Notes under the pieces: generated by a model
What the model was told of the DNA's origin: nothing
The model's input: the letters and a program-made list of their open reading frames with translations, nothing else
Databases searched by the model: none
Made by a program: the position numbers and the translations under genes
Source of the DNA: the human T2T-CHM13v2.0 reference genome, Homo sapiens
Assembly: GCF_009914755.1 (NCBI RefSeq)
Contig: NC_060929.1
Direction: 5' to 3' (one strand)
DNA length: 64,000 bases
Shown: positions 1 to 15,632 of the stretch, in pieces
How the letters are laid out: the number at the start of each line of letters is the position of its first letter
Position numbering within the stretch: position 1 is the stretch's first letter

Positions 1-709
1 GTTAAATAATTAATTTAAATAACAGTAATATCCCCAGGGTTTTCTTCGGGTACCTAATCTGGAACACTGCCTGGGTCTCATATTGGGAAAACAAAAGTGG
101 CCATCACTATGGCAGCTCTGGCAAACAGGGACATTTCTGTGGATGGTGTTTCTACTGGAATTTAAGGTAACTGAGGACGCCACTCTCAAAGGGAAAGTCT
201 GCAGCTTGGAATTTTTTTTCTGTGACACGCCCAAGAAATCTTGTGTTTCAGGCTATTTTGTTCCCAGGGTCTTGGACTTGAAGGGCTGACAGAAACCTTT
301 CCACTACCCTAATCAATGTAGTATCCCACTCAAATGTGAGTTCACATAGAATTCCATTCTACCTACCCAAGTAGTCTTGACCTGGACTATACCAATTAGT
401 CTAACCTTACTGGGTTTTTTCTTAACTCTAGAAAAGAGAAACATAGCTGTGCAGGTGACTCTCAGGTTGGGAGATTAATATTAATTGGTTATTAACATAA
501 AGAGTCCCCATGCTAGGCACTTTCTCTGTGTTTTATATATGTAGATATTAGTCTCACTTTACAGGTGAAGAGACCAAAGCTCAAAGGAGTAAAATAACAA
601 AGATATGAATGCACCAGTCTGTTTAATTCCAAAGTCATCATAATTTATAATGATTTAGAAGATGTTGGCTAAAAGTGGGGCTCAGAATTCATAATCACTA
701 GAAAACATT

Positions 710-915
710 GAACATTTATTAAGCACTTACGGCATGCCAGGTACTGTGTACCAACTCAGCCCATCCTCCCTACAATCCTGCAAGTTACAGGGAGGGCTGT
801 CATCTCCATTTACAAATCAGGCAAAGAGGTTCACTAACTTGCCAAAGGCCACACGGTTACTGACAACAGTGTGATTCAAACCATGGCAGTCTGGCTCCAA
901 AGCCCACACTCCTCA
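710..915 (-). mobile_element. MIR SINE (degenerate)
   Basis: catttattaagcacttac...ctccatttacaaat...aacttgccaaaggccacac...gattcaaacc...gtctggctccaaagccc resembles the reverse-complement MIR core. Confidence 0.75.
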
Positions 916-1312
916 TTCCTGAACGCTATGTTCCACTTCAGTGCTGGCCACTGAACCTTCTCCTGCCACTTCTAGTTTCAGGAGCTTCACTAGGATCTCA
1001 CCTACACCGTAGTGCCGCTGTGAGTGAGGCTTTGACAAAGTTGGGTTTTGACTGAGTGCTGTCAAAGGCTCTTCTCAACCCAAAGGACATGCTCTGAATT
1101 CTGTCTCTCTTTAGTCCAAATGGCTCCTGTCCTTTGTCTCTGTAGGGTTGAATCTAACTCTTTCTCTCCTGCATTCCTGTTTCAGATTGTATTGCTAGTT
1201 GAGATAGAGACTTGCTCTTTCCTTCGGGTGTTGTTTGAGTGCAGAATTGTGTCTCTGTAGGATCAGCCCATCCCCCTTCCCCACACTACTCTTCTGCTTT
1301 GAGACCCCATGA

Positions 1313-1699
<387 letters not shown>

Positions 1700-1752
1700 T
1701 AGACACTTCCATTGGCTTTAGAGAGTGTTATTTTTGTCTCCATTGGATTTAG

Positions 1753-2235
<483 letters not shown>

Positions 2236-2370
2236 TAGAAAATAAAAATTTTCAGTTGAAGAACAAAGCATATCAGTATTCCATTAATATAGTTTTCAGT
2301 ATAACAGATATAACAGTGAAAATTGTTCAATGAAGATTCCTTTCCTGCAAGTGGTAGAAATACAGCCCTC

Positions 2371-2526
2371 ACTAATTTAGGCAAACAAGGAAGGGGGAAA
2401 TATCATGAAAAAGAATATTAAGTCCCAAATGGCAGCATAGCTATTGCCTAACTAATTTAGGCAAAAAGGGAAGGGAGAAAGGCCACGTAAAAGAATATAA
2501 AGTCCCGGATGGTGACATAGCTATTG
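2371..2526. repeat. Diverged two-copy tandem duplication, 80-bp period
   Basis: 2371-2446 vs 2451-2526, 62/76 identical with no gaps. Confidence 0.9.
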
Positions 2527-2656
2527 GGGGAAGGTAAATTCCTACATGAAGGAAGGTGGGAAGGGCAGACAGTGCCTTCATATGTCCACAAAACATATGA
2601 AATGAGATGATGTATATGAGAAAGCATCAAGTGGATAAAATATACCTCTGTCATGA

Positions 2657-2960
<304 letters not shown>

Positions 2961-3639
2961 CCATTGTTGATTTTTAAAACTTAGTGTTCAACAAATATTT
3001 ATTGAGTACTTAATACATATGCATGCTAAGGAAACAACAGTGAGTGAGACAAAGCCCTTTGTCTTATGAAGACTCTGATGAAGCTTACGTATTAAGACTC
3101 TCAAAACATGGTCAGAATGTCCTTGATTAGCCTGAGTTGCCAAAAAAGAAAAGAAAAAAAGAAACTATTTTAAAATTAATTTTTATTGCTTTCTGTCTTT
3201 CATTTTTTCTTCCTATCATAGCACTAGATGAAGTTTTAGATATAAGCTTAAAAGCCTGAGTATTTGATTTCTCAATGACCGAAGGTTAATTACAGCTCAT
3301 AAAAATATTAGAATTAACATATAATATTCAGCCTAAAAGATATAGGAAATACATTGTTCCTTTGATTTTAAATCCCTTTCAGTGGCTCAAAGTTAAAATA
3401 AAGTTTGCAGACGTATCAGTTGGTTTAAAATCAATATTTTCTTCATTTTAGGCATTTTCTATTTGCCATTCAAGGGAGAGGAAAACATTAAGAATCTTTT
3501 TTCCCCCAGCCACTAACACAGCAATAGATCTACATATAAATTGTTAGTTCCCTTCTTTTGTATTAATATCTCTATACTCTTGTTCACTATTTTCCAAAGG
3601 CATTGAGAAGTTAATCAGAAGTTTATGAAAAAGGAGACT

Positions 3640-3785
3640 TTCTAATCACAGAAGGTTGGATAACACTGAGTTAAACAGCTTTATAAGTCACAGGCCTTTT
3701 TAGAACCCTTAGTTCATTGTGGATCCTCAATTATAACATAATGTAATGTAATAATATAATATATGGGAGGACGCTTCCCAACAGT
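3640..3785 (+). mobile_element. MER103-like hAT-Charlie fragment
   Basis: ttggataacactgagttaaacag...ggcctttttagaaccctt; similar to copies at 8810, 16530, 40450. Confidence 0.5.
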
Positions 3786-4550
3786 CATCCCTTTTCCTGG
3801 TAACAATATCTTGATTGTCCTTTAGGGAACCTATTCCTCATTCTTAGTCCCTGAGTTCTGGTGAATCTGTCCCCCATTCCTGGCTTTAGAAATGTTCATA
3901 TGACAAGTGATTCATTGGTAAGTGTTAAAAACCAATTCTAAAAAAAAAGAAGAAAATCCTTGATTTGTAGCATTTGACATTTTCCATGGTGTAAATACTT
4001 TTACCATGGCCAACTTTAAGCTACCAAGGTGAAATCACTAAACATGGAGTTGGGAAGAGAGGCACATCATCAGCTCCTGGGAACCTGCAGCGCACAGTGT
4101 CAGAGATGACCCAGTCTAAGTGAATCAGACCATTTATCCCTCTGGGCCTAGGACTCAAGCCAGACCAGCTCCTTAGGTCCAATTCCTTTGATTTTTTTAA
4201 AGAACTGTTGTGGAAGAGGCACCATCTTTCACTGCGTTCGTTGAAAGGAAGGAATTGGAACCAATTCTGGTGATCTACTTTCCATGTGGTCTGTTTGGAA
4301 AGAGCCTGGCTGAGAATGCAGACCCTCAGAGAAGTGACTAGCAGAGCTGAGAGATGGAGACAGACCAAATTCTGGGATCACTGTTGGAGTCCTTGGATCT
4401 TGTCCAGCCTGAACCTCTGGACATTGCTGTTACATGAGCCAATAAATCCCCTTCGTTTCTCTGTCTCTCATTCTGTTTCTCTTCATCTCCCTCTTATCCA
4501 TTATTTGTTTATTAATTTTTCTTTTATTAAAGCTGTTTGGTTTTTATTTC
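3780..4550 (+). mobile_element. MLT1K-like MaLR LTR, interrupted by a MER63-like insert
   Basis: agagcctggctgagaatg...gcagagctgagagatggaga...gttacatgagccaataaatcccc is typical of the MLT1K 3' half. Confidence 0.7.
3904..4070. mobile_element. MER63-like hAT-Blackjack MITE
   Basis: tgatttgtagcatttgacattttccatggtgtaaatacttttaccatggccaactttaagctacca...ggagttgggaagaga. Confidence 0.7.
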
Positions 4551-4576
4551 ATTGAAGGAATATGACCATTCTGTAT

Positions 4577-4903
<327 letters not shown>

Positions 4904-5149
4904 CAACCATTCTGTATTTCAAAGAGCCTGCCATGAGGTTAATATTCCCCCAGAGCAACTTAGGAACTGCCATTCTAGCTCATTCTCTCCCTACACCTCA
5001 CAGAGACTGGGTACTATGAGTAACTGTCTTCTAAACATCTGATCTGACTGCTTTGTTGTAAAGGCTGTTCAGATTCAACCTATTCAAAATTGAACTGATA
5101 TTTTCTGCTGAAAACACACTTCTCCTATGACTCTCATTTTCATTAACTT

Positions 5150-5700
5150 ATGTACAAATTATGTGCCTGACCAGGGATATAACAGTGAAGATGATAAAGT
5201 TCTTGCCTTCATGGAGCTCTCATTCTAGAGAGAGAAAGAGACCATGCATAAACACATAGGTAAATAATGTACCAATGGCAACTTGAAATAAGTGCTTTGG
5301 AAAAAAATTAAGTGGGTTTAAACGGATAGAGAATGACAGGGGTTTCTATGCTAAATGGAGTAGTTGGAGGAGGCCTTCTTGAGAAGGAATTTTTGAGCAG
5401 AGAGGGCTAAATGAAATGAGACAAGGGCCTATGGGAGTTTCTGGGGGACCAACAGGCACATGGTTGGCATGTTCCAGAACTGCAAGGAGGTCAGTGTGGC
5501 TGGAGTCCAGAAGCATGGGGAGGTTGGAGAGGTATCTGGGGGGCCAATTAGGTGGGATGTTGTAGGCAGGATAAAGGACTCTTGAATTTCTTCTGCACAT
5601 GATGGCAAGATTTGGAGCATGAATCCCTCTGCCACATGTGTGAGGAGTAGATTATAGGGGTCAAGAAGAGACACTGCACTGAGGGGCTGAGTAGGGAGTG
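5150..5700 (-). mobile_element. L2 LINE 3' fragment
   Basis: cttgccttcatggagctctcattctag...ggaggccttcttgagaagg...aactgcaaggaggtcagtgtggctggag. Confidence 0.8.
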
Positions 5701-5839
5701 ACCATGCTGGCTAAGACCACCCTCCTAGCTATGCTGGTTGGGCATCATCTATGACTTTTTCTTCTCCTTCATTTGCTACATTCGTGCATACATGCCCAAC
5801 TGGGGGTTTTGTTTTTATAATGCACCTTACAGCCATCAG

Positions 5840-6215
5840 AAGCAGGTTGAGCGTCCCAGGATACAGACTCTAGGACAGAGATTAGTGTGGGAGAGGTTTA
5901 TTGGGAGTGCTCTTGAGACAGTAGTTTGTCAAAGAGAAGGAAAGAAAGCACAACTGGGCAGAGAAAGAAGTTCAACTACAATGTGGTGAGTTCTGAGGCT
6001 GAGATGGCCCTTCAGAGCTGTCCTGAGCTGTGGTGAGAGGTAGGGGCCTTTATATCCCCAGTGATGATCAGTCATTGATGCCACCATCCCAGGAAGAGGT
6101 CATGACCTTGGCCGAAGGCCCTCTTTTGGCAGCATTCCCAGTGACTTGGATAATCTGATCATTATTACTGAAGGGGAGGTCTGGGCACCATATCGCAACA
6201 CCCTGGTACCACATC
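5840..6215 (-). mobile_element. LTR16-family (ERVL) solo LTR
   Basis: cagactctaggacagagattagtgtgggagaggtttattgggagtgctcttgag...actgggcagagaaagaagtt. Confidence 0.75.
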
Positions 6216-6408
6216 ACCCATTTTTACACTTGTTACTGAAACTGCCTTGATTTAATTTCTCATTCTTCTTGCTCAGATTATAGCCCACCATTCTATCTCG
6301 AGTTATACTCCAAAGTAAAAGTCAAATTAGTCTTTATTGCCTACACAATGACATTTAGACTCAGCACAGCATTGAGACTCTTCAAGAGCCAGATGTCATC
6401 CCCTACTG

Positions 6409-6753
6409 CAGGGTTCACTGGACTGTGGCCTGTTAGGAACCCTGCTCAGCAGGAGGTGAGAAGCAGGAGGCTGCTCAGCAGGAGGTGAGAAGCAGGCAAG
6501 CGAGCATTACCACCTGAGCTCCACCTCCTGTCAGATCAGCAGCAGCATTAGATTATCATAGCAGTGTGAACCCTATTATGAACTGCACATGTAAGGGATC
6601 TAGGTTGCATACTCCTTATGAGAATCTAATGCCCGATGTGATCTGAGGTGGAACAGTTTCATCCTGAAACCATCATCTCCACAACCCCAGTCCGTGGAGA
6701 CATTTTCTCCCATGGAAACTGGTCCCTGGTGCCAGAAAGTTTGGGGACCGCTG
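6409..6753 (+). mobile_element. MER1B hAT-Charlie MITE
   Basis: tgagctccacctcctgtcagatcagcagcagcattagatt...ggaaactggtccctggtgccagaaagtttggggaccgctg; perfect 8-bp TSD ccctactg at 6401-6408 and 6754-6761. Confidence 0.93.
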
Positions 6754-7099
6754 CCCTACTGTGTGTCTTACAATCTGGGCAGACAAGCCTAATTGGCACA
6801 CCCTAAAATCGCACTGTTGCTTGAATCTGAAATGTTGTCTTTCCACTCTATCTATTAAAATCCTATTCTTCAAGGCTATATCAAATTCTACCTCCTCTTT
6901 CCGAAGAATCTTTATTCTAATATTCATTTCATTCTGCCTAGAGTATGTTGCTTATTTGTTAGCTGGGTAAGTGCAGTAATGAGGCCCTCATCATTTTATT
7001 CCCCCTTAGTTCTTTACAGCATTTAATATGGTGGACTCCCGATAAGTGTTAGTTGACTTAGTTTGTTTCAGCCTTCGTCAATAGCTAGATGATATCCTG

Positions 7100-7340
7100 A
7101 GTGGCAGTATAGCAGAGGGGTTACCAGCAGAGATTCTGGACCCATACTATCTTGATTCCTCACCATTTAATAGGTCCATAACAGTTAGATAATTAAGCAT
7201 GCTATACCTTAACTTGCCCGTCTGTAAAATGAAGATAATAATCCCACCCAGTTCTTAGGGCTATGGTTAGGATTAAATGAATTTGTCTAAGTAGAGCATT
7301 TAGAACAGTGGCTGCTATTTAATAAGTACATGTAAGTGTT
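7100..7340 (+). mobile_element. MIR
   Basis: ggcagtatagcagaggggtt...tctgtaaaatgaagataataat...ggattaaatga...agcatttagaacagtg. Confidence 0.8.
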
Positions 7341-8264
7341 GGCTTATAATGGTACCTAAAGATTATTAGGGGACCTGCCCAAGTCACCAGTTCCCAAGGT
7401 AGCCCATGTTCATCAAGATTGTCCCAGAAGAGAGTGTTGTTCTTGCTGAGATTCTGTGGAGAGGACTTCATACAGTTCTTCTGTAGGAAAATATAATAGA
7501 GTTCTTGTTTTCCTCTTATGAGCATACCTTTAATGAGTGAGGATTTTCTTGCAAAACATGTTGGAATTCTGTGCTTTCCTGAGGCTTTTTCGGTCTGGAC
7601 TTAGACTGGGTTTTAGAATGAACATTATGCACTTTCCCGGTGTTGCAAGAAAAAAAAAGTACAAAGCATCATATTTATAAGTGAATAGATTCATGGACAC
7701 TTTAGAACTTAGAGTTCACCTATCGCAGGAGACAAGAAAACAAAGAGATTCAGTGACTTGCCTAATTAAAGGACAAAGTTACTTAATAACGTTAGCCAAT
7801 TTGTGTCTGAAGATGCCATTTTTTCAGCATGTATAATTCAGACAAAAGTAGATCTAACTTGCTAAATCTCCACAGAACAAAAAAAGAACTCTTGTTTAAT
7901 TTTAAGGCTATTGTGTTATTTAAAATTTATCCTAGATTTGGCACAATACTTACTCTTCTTATAATTAATTACCTTTTCTCATGAGCAAAAATAGTTACCA
8001 TAATTATTCATTCGTTTGTGTATTCATTCATTACTCAAAAGCCATTTGTGAGCCTCTTTTATGTACGAAGCACTGAACTAAAAATTGGAAACTTTGAAAA
8101 TGAATAAGCCCTAGTGTTCTGTGACTGGCTCACATCTGTAGAATCTGTGTGTCTCCTGAGTAGTCCAAATTTAAGCAACTTCAAAATGTGGGTGTAGGCT
8201 GCAACTTGATCTTCATCAGCCAAAGGTTAAATATTGTTAGCCACAACGTCAGTGATCAGATTCA

Positions 8265-8628
<364 letters not shown>

Positions 8629-8804
8629 GCACTAGCCTCCTTCTCCTCCTCTCCTTTGCTCCTACTGATTGAGCTGTACAAAAGCCAGAAGAAAAAAGAT
8701 GACATGACATTACCAATTTTGTAGCACAATGTCTTGTTATCATAATGCAATATTAATGCAGGCATTATGTTTCTATGAGATGTTAAGCATAAAGTGAAAA
8801 AATA

Positions 8805-8975
8805 TCCCATGGTCAATGAATTTGGAAACTTCTGGTTAAACAACCTTAAAAATGTGTCTTTTAGTGTGCTTCCCTTTCTGAACTTTTAGCATGCTAATAT
8901 GCATCATGAACCTCTAAGAGAGGCCTAAAACATTTGACCTAAGTCAAACTAACTTGCCTGTGGAATCTTTTGTTT
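8805..8975 (+). mobile_element. MER103-like hAT-Charlie element
   Basis: tttggaaacttctggttaaacaaccttaaa...ttttagcatgctaatatgcatcatgaacctctaagag. Confidence 0.65.
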
Positions 8976-9174
8976 GCAGGGAGGGCATTACCCATGAGTA
9001 CTTTCAAACCGAAGGTCAATTTTGTAAGTTTCTGTGGTTCATCATCCATTAGGTATTGCTTTTTTCTAATAAATAGGATTGTTTTTACTATAGCTTAAGC
9101 CCACTTTATCTTTGAATATTATTATGGAGAAAAACGATTCAAAATCGTCTGTATAAGAATCTTGTCTTTACTTG

Positions 9175-9595
9175 TATATTAGTCTGTTCTCACATTACTA
9201 TAAAGAAATACCTGAGACTGGGTAATTTATAAAGAAAAGAGGCTTAATTGGCTCACAATTCTGCAGGCTATACAGGAAGCATAGCAGCTTCTGCTTTTGG
9301 GGTGACCTTAGGAAGCTTCCAAACATGCAGAAGGCAAAGAAGGAGCAGGTGTCTTACATGGCAGGAGCAGGAACAAGATATATAGAGTGAGGGGAAGGTG
9401 CTACACACTTTTTAAACAACCAGATCTTGCAAGAACTCACTCACTGTCATGAGAACAGCACCAAGGGGAGAGTGTTAAATCATTCATGAGAAACCTACTC
9501 CCATGATTCATTCATATCCCACCAGGCCCCACTGCAACATTAGGGATTATAATTCAACATGAGGTTTGGGTGGGGGCACAGATCCAAACTATTGA
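9175..9595 (-). mobile_element. MSTA/MSTB MaLR solo LTR
   Basis: tattagtctgttctcacattactataaagaaatacctgagactgggtaattt...gcacagatccaaact. Confidence 0.9.
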
Positions 9596-10309
9596 TTTGA
9601 AAATCCTTATAAAGCACCCCTCAACATTTGTGCTACCACCTGTTTATCCAGAGCTTATGACAGACATCTCCAGTCTATCCTAGTGCTCCTTCTGTGCGGG
9701 CCTGAAGGGGGGTCAGAATATCTTTCCAACGCTATGCTTCAGGCAGTCATTTCCAATCCATGAAATGTAACCTGCTGGATTGAAATGAATTTGCCATGGT
9801 TGTTAACAATAGCTACCCCTTAATAGCACACCTACTACATGCCAAGCACTTTGTGCAGCCTTTTACTTAGAATCTGTTATTTCATCTCCATTTTAACTAC
9901 CATCATAGTCATCTAAGTCACCATCATCTCTCACCCAAACTGTTGTGATCACATCCTAACCAATCATACTCCTTCCCTACACACTACGAAACAGTTCAAA
10001 CTGTGTGCATGGTCTATATAACCTGCAAGATGTGGCCGCTGCAACTTTCCCCATCTTTGTTTCTGTCACTCTCCTGTGTTCTAACCATTGATCCACAGCT
10101 GGATTGCAGGTTTGGAAATTCAGCCTTATTAGTTCACTAGAAGGGAGCAAAACCCTAGAGAGTCAAGTCACACTAATCAGCTCACAAGAGCTTAATGTGT
10201 AATGCACAATACCAATTTACTAATTTAAAATGAGAAATGCAACAATTAAACCAACCAGATATTTGTGTTGCTTGTCTGTGACTTCTTTCTGGAAGCTAGA
10301 AGTAGCCAT

Positions 10310-10570
10310 TAGGAGCTTTTGAGCTGGAATCAGACTGCCTGAGTGCAAATCTTGACTCTCTGCTTACTAACTAGGTGATCTCAGGCCAGTGGGTCAGTGT
10401 GCCTTTCGATGTCTACTTCACCATCAGTAAAGCAGGGGATAATAATGAATCCTACCTGTCTGCGTTGTTGTGGTTAGGAGTGAATGAGAAAACATACCTG
10501 TTACATATTACCATATTACTTAGAACAGAAGTTGATGCATAGTAAGCATTCAACAAATATTAGCGACTGT
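10310..10570 (+). mobile_element. MIR
   Basis: gagctggaatcagactgcctgagtgcaaatcttgactct...catagtaagcattcaacaaatattag. Confidence 0.8.
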
Positions 10571-10885
10571 TCCTAGAATGAAAATCTACTGAAAGAACTA
10601 ACTTAATATCAGAGCAAATGAAATTAAATAATTTTAAACAGAATTTCTTTTGCCAGCGTGTTGACCTTGTAAGTTACTGTTTATGCATTCATCCCATTCA
10701 GTAGTTATTGACACCCAAATAATTTCAGACATGATCAGATGCACTTGGTAGTCCCTCATCGCATAAATATAAATGAATGACTGGATGAATACTGAAATGT
10801 AAATTTACAAATCAGCATATATTTTTGCACTTTCCTGATTTTGTCACCACTCCCACCCTATTTCCCAGTCCTCTTTTTGCCTTCA

Positions 10886-11630
<745 letters not shown>

Positions 11631-11999
11631 TAATCTTCTCAACAATTTTCTGTAAGGGAAAGTCAAGGCTTTGAGCTGTCAAGTGACACACCTCAGTTAC
11701 ACAGTCAAACTGAGAGCAAGTTCGAACTCAGGTCTTTCAACGAAAGCCCTTTACTACCCAGCACTGCTGCCACTTGGTTTCTGCAAGTTACCTAACTATC
11801 TACACACACCATCATTTTCCTTAGCTTAGACTATACTCTACTTTGCATGCTGACGGTCACAGTCTTTTCCTAAGCTCTGGACTTTTGCTTTCATTCTTGA
11901 GCCTATCCAAACCTTCCCTGTAATATCTATACACATTGTTTTACCTCTATAGCTAGAATATGTTATATTTCATCCTATCAAGACATCTTTTGTTCCCCT

Positions 12000-12490
12000 G
12001 CAACCCTGCAATTCCACACCTACGTATATACTCAACAGGAACTTGTGCATGTTTTCACCAAAAGGCATGCACTGAAATTGTCACAGCATACTATTCATAA
12101 TAACTCCAAACTGGAAACTATCCACATGCCCATCCAAGCAGAACAGATCAACTGTTTTGTATTCATATGTCATATTATATAACAGCAAAAATAAATGGTC
12201 TAAACTTAACAACACAGATGAATCTCACAAATGTGATGTTGGAGGAAATAAGTCAAGAACATTCTATTTGATTCCACTTAGAAAAAGTTCAAAAACTGGC
12301 AAAACTAATTTACAGTATTAAAAGTCAGGAATGGCAGCTACTCTTGGAAGAGTAGTGATTGGAAGGGGATGGTGGGGGCCCCAGGGTACTGATAATGTTC
12401 TTAGTGTTTAGCTTATAAAAATTCACCAATATATACATTTATGATATATGCACTTATATTTATGTATATTATACTTTAAGAGGTTTTATA
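12000..12490 (+). mobile_element. Old L1M (L1ME/MC) 3' fragment
   Basis: caattccacacc...aaactggaaactatccacatgcccatc...acagatgaatctcacaaatgtgatgttg...aaaagttcaaaaactggcaaaactaat. Confidence 0.8.
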
Positions 12491-13089
12491 AAACAACTTT
12501 GTATCTGTTTGTTTCTGATTACTTCAATTTACGGAGACAAGTTTGCAATCTGATGCCGTTGTCTGATGTGCTGGTTACCCACCGTTTGCCCAGAGAGAGC
12601 TTCCTATACATGAAAAGAGACCACTCTGAATTGTTTAAAGTCTAAATTGTGACAATTGTGAAGAACACAGGGCTGCCTGCCATAGACTGTCAGAAATCCA
12701 CTAATGGCTGTGCTGAGTCCATGGGCAGCTGTGGTTTGGGGCACAAATTAACAAACACACATTACACAGTCCGCTGATCCAGAAAATGTGCTGGACTGGT
12801 TTCCCACCTCTCATATCTCTTCTCCATCCTCTGTAGGACCCAGAGGCCCCCCACCTATAGGCTCATCCCTGCTCTGGGTTCTGGGACCAATCTTGTCCTT
12901 AGGGGGAAATTTAAAGAGACAGATTTGGGTAACTGAGGTGACCCGGGCTCAAGTCGGTTTAGCTCAGATACTTGGAATGGTAGGCCTGGAAAGGAACCTT
13001 GTGAAGATTGCTCTTTCTAGGATTTATTCCTGTGTCACTGGTTTTGCATTTTGTTTGAGAAAGAGATACAGAGGAAGGTGATGGGGGAA

Positions 13090-13260
13090 GGGCATCATAA
13101 TGCTGTGGAAAGACCATGGCTTTGAAATCAGACTGCTGGGCCCACATACTAATGCCGTGGTTTAATCAGCCACGTGGCCTGGTTATATTCCTCCCTGAGC
13201 CTCTGTTTCCTCATCTCTATGGTAGGGATAAAAGAACCAAATTTAAAGTTGTGAACCTCA
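13090..13260 (+). mobile_element. MIR
   Basis: catggctttgaaatcagactgc...ctccctgagcctctgtttcctcatct. Confidence 0.7.
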
Positions 13261-13494
13261 AAAACCACCTTGCTGGTCTAAGTCACTATCATCTCTTGTC
13301 TGTTATTGCAATAATCTGCTAACAGTCCTCTCTGCTTCCTGCTTGCTCCACTGCCATCTGTGGTCAACATCATATCCAGAACAATCCTGTTTAAAAATGT
13401 AACTTGGATGATTCTTCCTTTTGCTTAAAACCTGATCATGCCTTTCAATTTCTTACAGGTAAGAGCCAGAGTTCCTATGATTATCTAAAACAGG

Positions 13495-13580
13495 CATAAC
13501 CTTGCTCAACCTTGGCACTCTTGACATCCAGAGCCAGATAATTTTTGGTTAAAGAGGGTTGTCCTGTGCATTATAGGCCT
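13495..13580 (-). mobile_element. MER20 terminal fragment
   Basis: ctcaaccttggcactcttgacatccagagccagataatt...gtcctgtgcattatagg. Confidence 0.7.
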
Positions 13581-14269
13581 AGCTTTCCATGACAGACTTG
13601 CCAGCATTTTCTTGGTTCCACTTGACTATAATGCGAGCCAGCGCTGGGACTCATAGAAACGTGACACCATCCGATAAGCAAACAACTACAAATGCCAAGA
13701 GTGAAAGAAGGCTTAGAGGCTTGGCTGGTTGTCATTTTTAATGTGTTAACGTGACATTAGACAGTTTCTTTGGCAGGTATCACAATAGTGTCAGCAGGGA
13801 ATCATCTGGTTACAGTAGTTAGTTGCCTGTGATAAAGGATCAAGTAATCAAGTACGTATTATTTCTATCTCAGATTTTCTTCATGCCTGTTATAGGGAGG
13901 GATTCGGGGCAATATTCAGACACATTCAAAGCACAGAGTTGTGAAAATTAGTCAAGCAACACTGAAACTAAATTTTTAAGTAGAAATGGATCGGACACAA
14001 TCCTAAAGTGCTCACATAAGCAAAACCATTGATTGAACCATACTGCATTTGTCTGAGATAAAATTGGAAATCATTTATCAAGCTGTCAGTGGAATCGATT
14101 TGAACTGACACTGATGACACAAACAGATATTGAAGGTTATAAGAATTTCTTGAAAAGCTTAAGACATTCAAAGACACCAGTTAAAAAGATTTTTATGATT
14201 TGGTTTCTAAACATCTGGTCATGGTATTCAGCCAACTCATTCTCCTCCCTCTCCTTTCTTCTCATCCTG

Positions 14270-14810
14270 ACTTAATGTCTGAGTATGAAGCTAACAATGG
14301 AGGAGGATGTAGTGCTGATTGATGGAAAGAAGCAGATATTTGAAGCTACGTTTTGAGTATCTAGATCTAATTGTAAATGGAGCCCTGATTTCAGCTGACT
14401 GACACCTCTCGCTCTGCCTACCCACCTACTCCTTCCTTTCTGATTATTCCCTACCCAGCTCTCAGGACTTCCATTTACCACACCTGGGCAAATCTCCCCG
14501 GTGCCAGTCATCTGCCTAGACTGCCCCTTCACCTTTTCCCACACTGTCCAGATAGTGCCTTGCCTGCCTAGTCTTCCTCCCACAAGAACCTGCACACCCT
14601 CCTCTTCCTGCCCACTGACTGATAGCATCCCCACCTCCCAGACACCTTCCCAGAGTGCTTCTCTCCAGTTTTGACATGTCCTGCCCTGTCAACCAAGAAC
14701 TTCATCCTCTCAAAAACCATGGACGTTTTAGCTCTGTAACCAATGTTTGTTTTGCTTAACACAGTTTGAATTAAGTTTCTGTCACTTGCAACTGAAATAG
14801 CCCTTGATCT
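14270..14810 (+). mobile_element. Old MLT1-type LTR (subfamily uncertain)
   Basis: 3' end ttttgcttaacacagtttgaattaagtttctgtcacttgcaactgaaa. Confidence 0.55.
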
Positions 14811-15114
14811 TCATTGGTAACAGAACTTAATCTTTTTAAAGCAGATTGGTTTTGGTTTTATTTTTTTGAAAGAGCTAAGGGTCACTTAGAATCAGGCTTT
14901 TTGAACAACATAGGCATTTAAGCATGAAAGTATCATTTGTGCATAAAATATTTTGCACTAAAATGTAATGAATATAAACTCAAATGTGATAAAACTGATT
15001 TCATACATGCTTCCAGGAATTCCAAGGAGGACCCTCCATGGTGCCTTCTTAAATTGAAATGACATTTATTTAAATGCATGTTATCACATGACTGTTAATC
15101 AAACAGTGGCTTTA

Positions 15115-15245
15115 GAGTGGCATTTTTCCAAGGTGTGGTTAACAGACAAGCTGCATTGGTAACATCTAGTTTAAAATTCAGATTCCTAGGACCCATCCAA
15201 GGCCCATTAAATCAGAATCTCTGAGAATTGAGCCTGAGAATATTC
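15115..15245. mobile_element. MER5A fragment, split by Alus and resuming near 15587-15620
   Basis: ttcagattcctaggacccatcc...aaatcagaatctctgag. Confidence 0.7.
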
Positions 15246-15246
15246 T

Positions 15247-15582
<336 letters not shown>

Positions 15583-15632
15583 AAGACTACTCATTTTTGA
15601 TAAAATTCCAGGTAACTACTAGACACTATTTC

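Noticed and set aside
12810-13085. Pyrimidine tract and tag|g acceptor at 12836 with an open frame
   Set aside because: Only weak donors follow, no clear branch point, and the peptide is unrecognisable.
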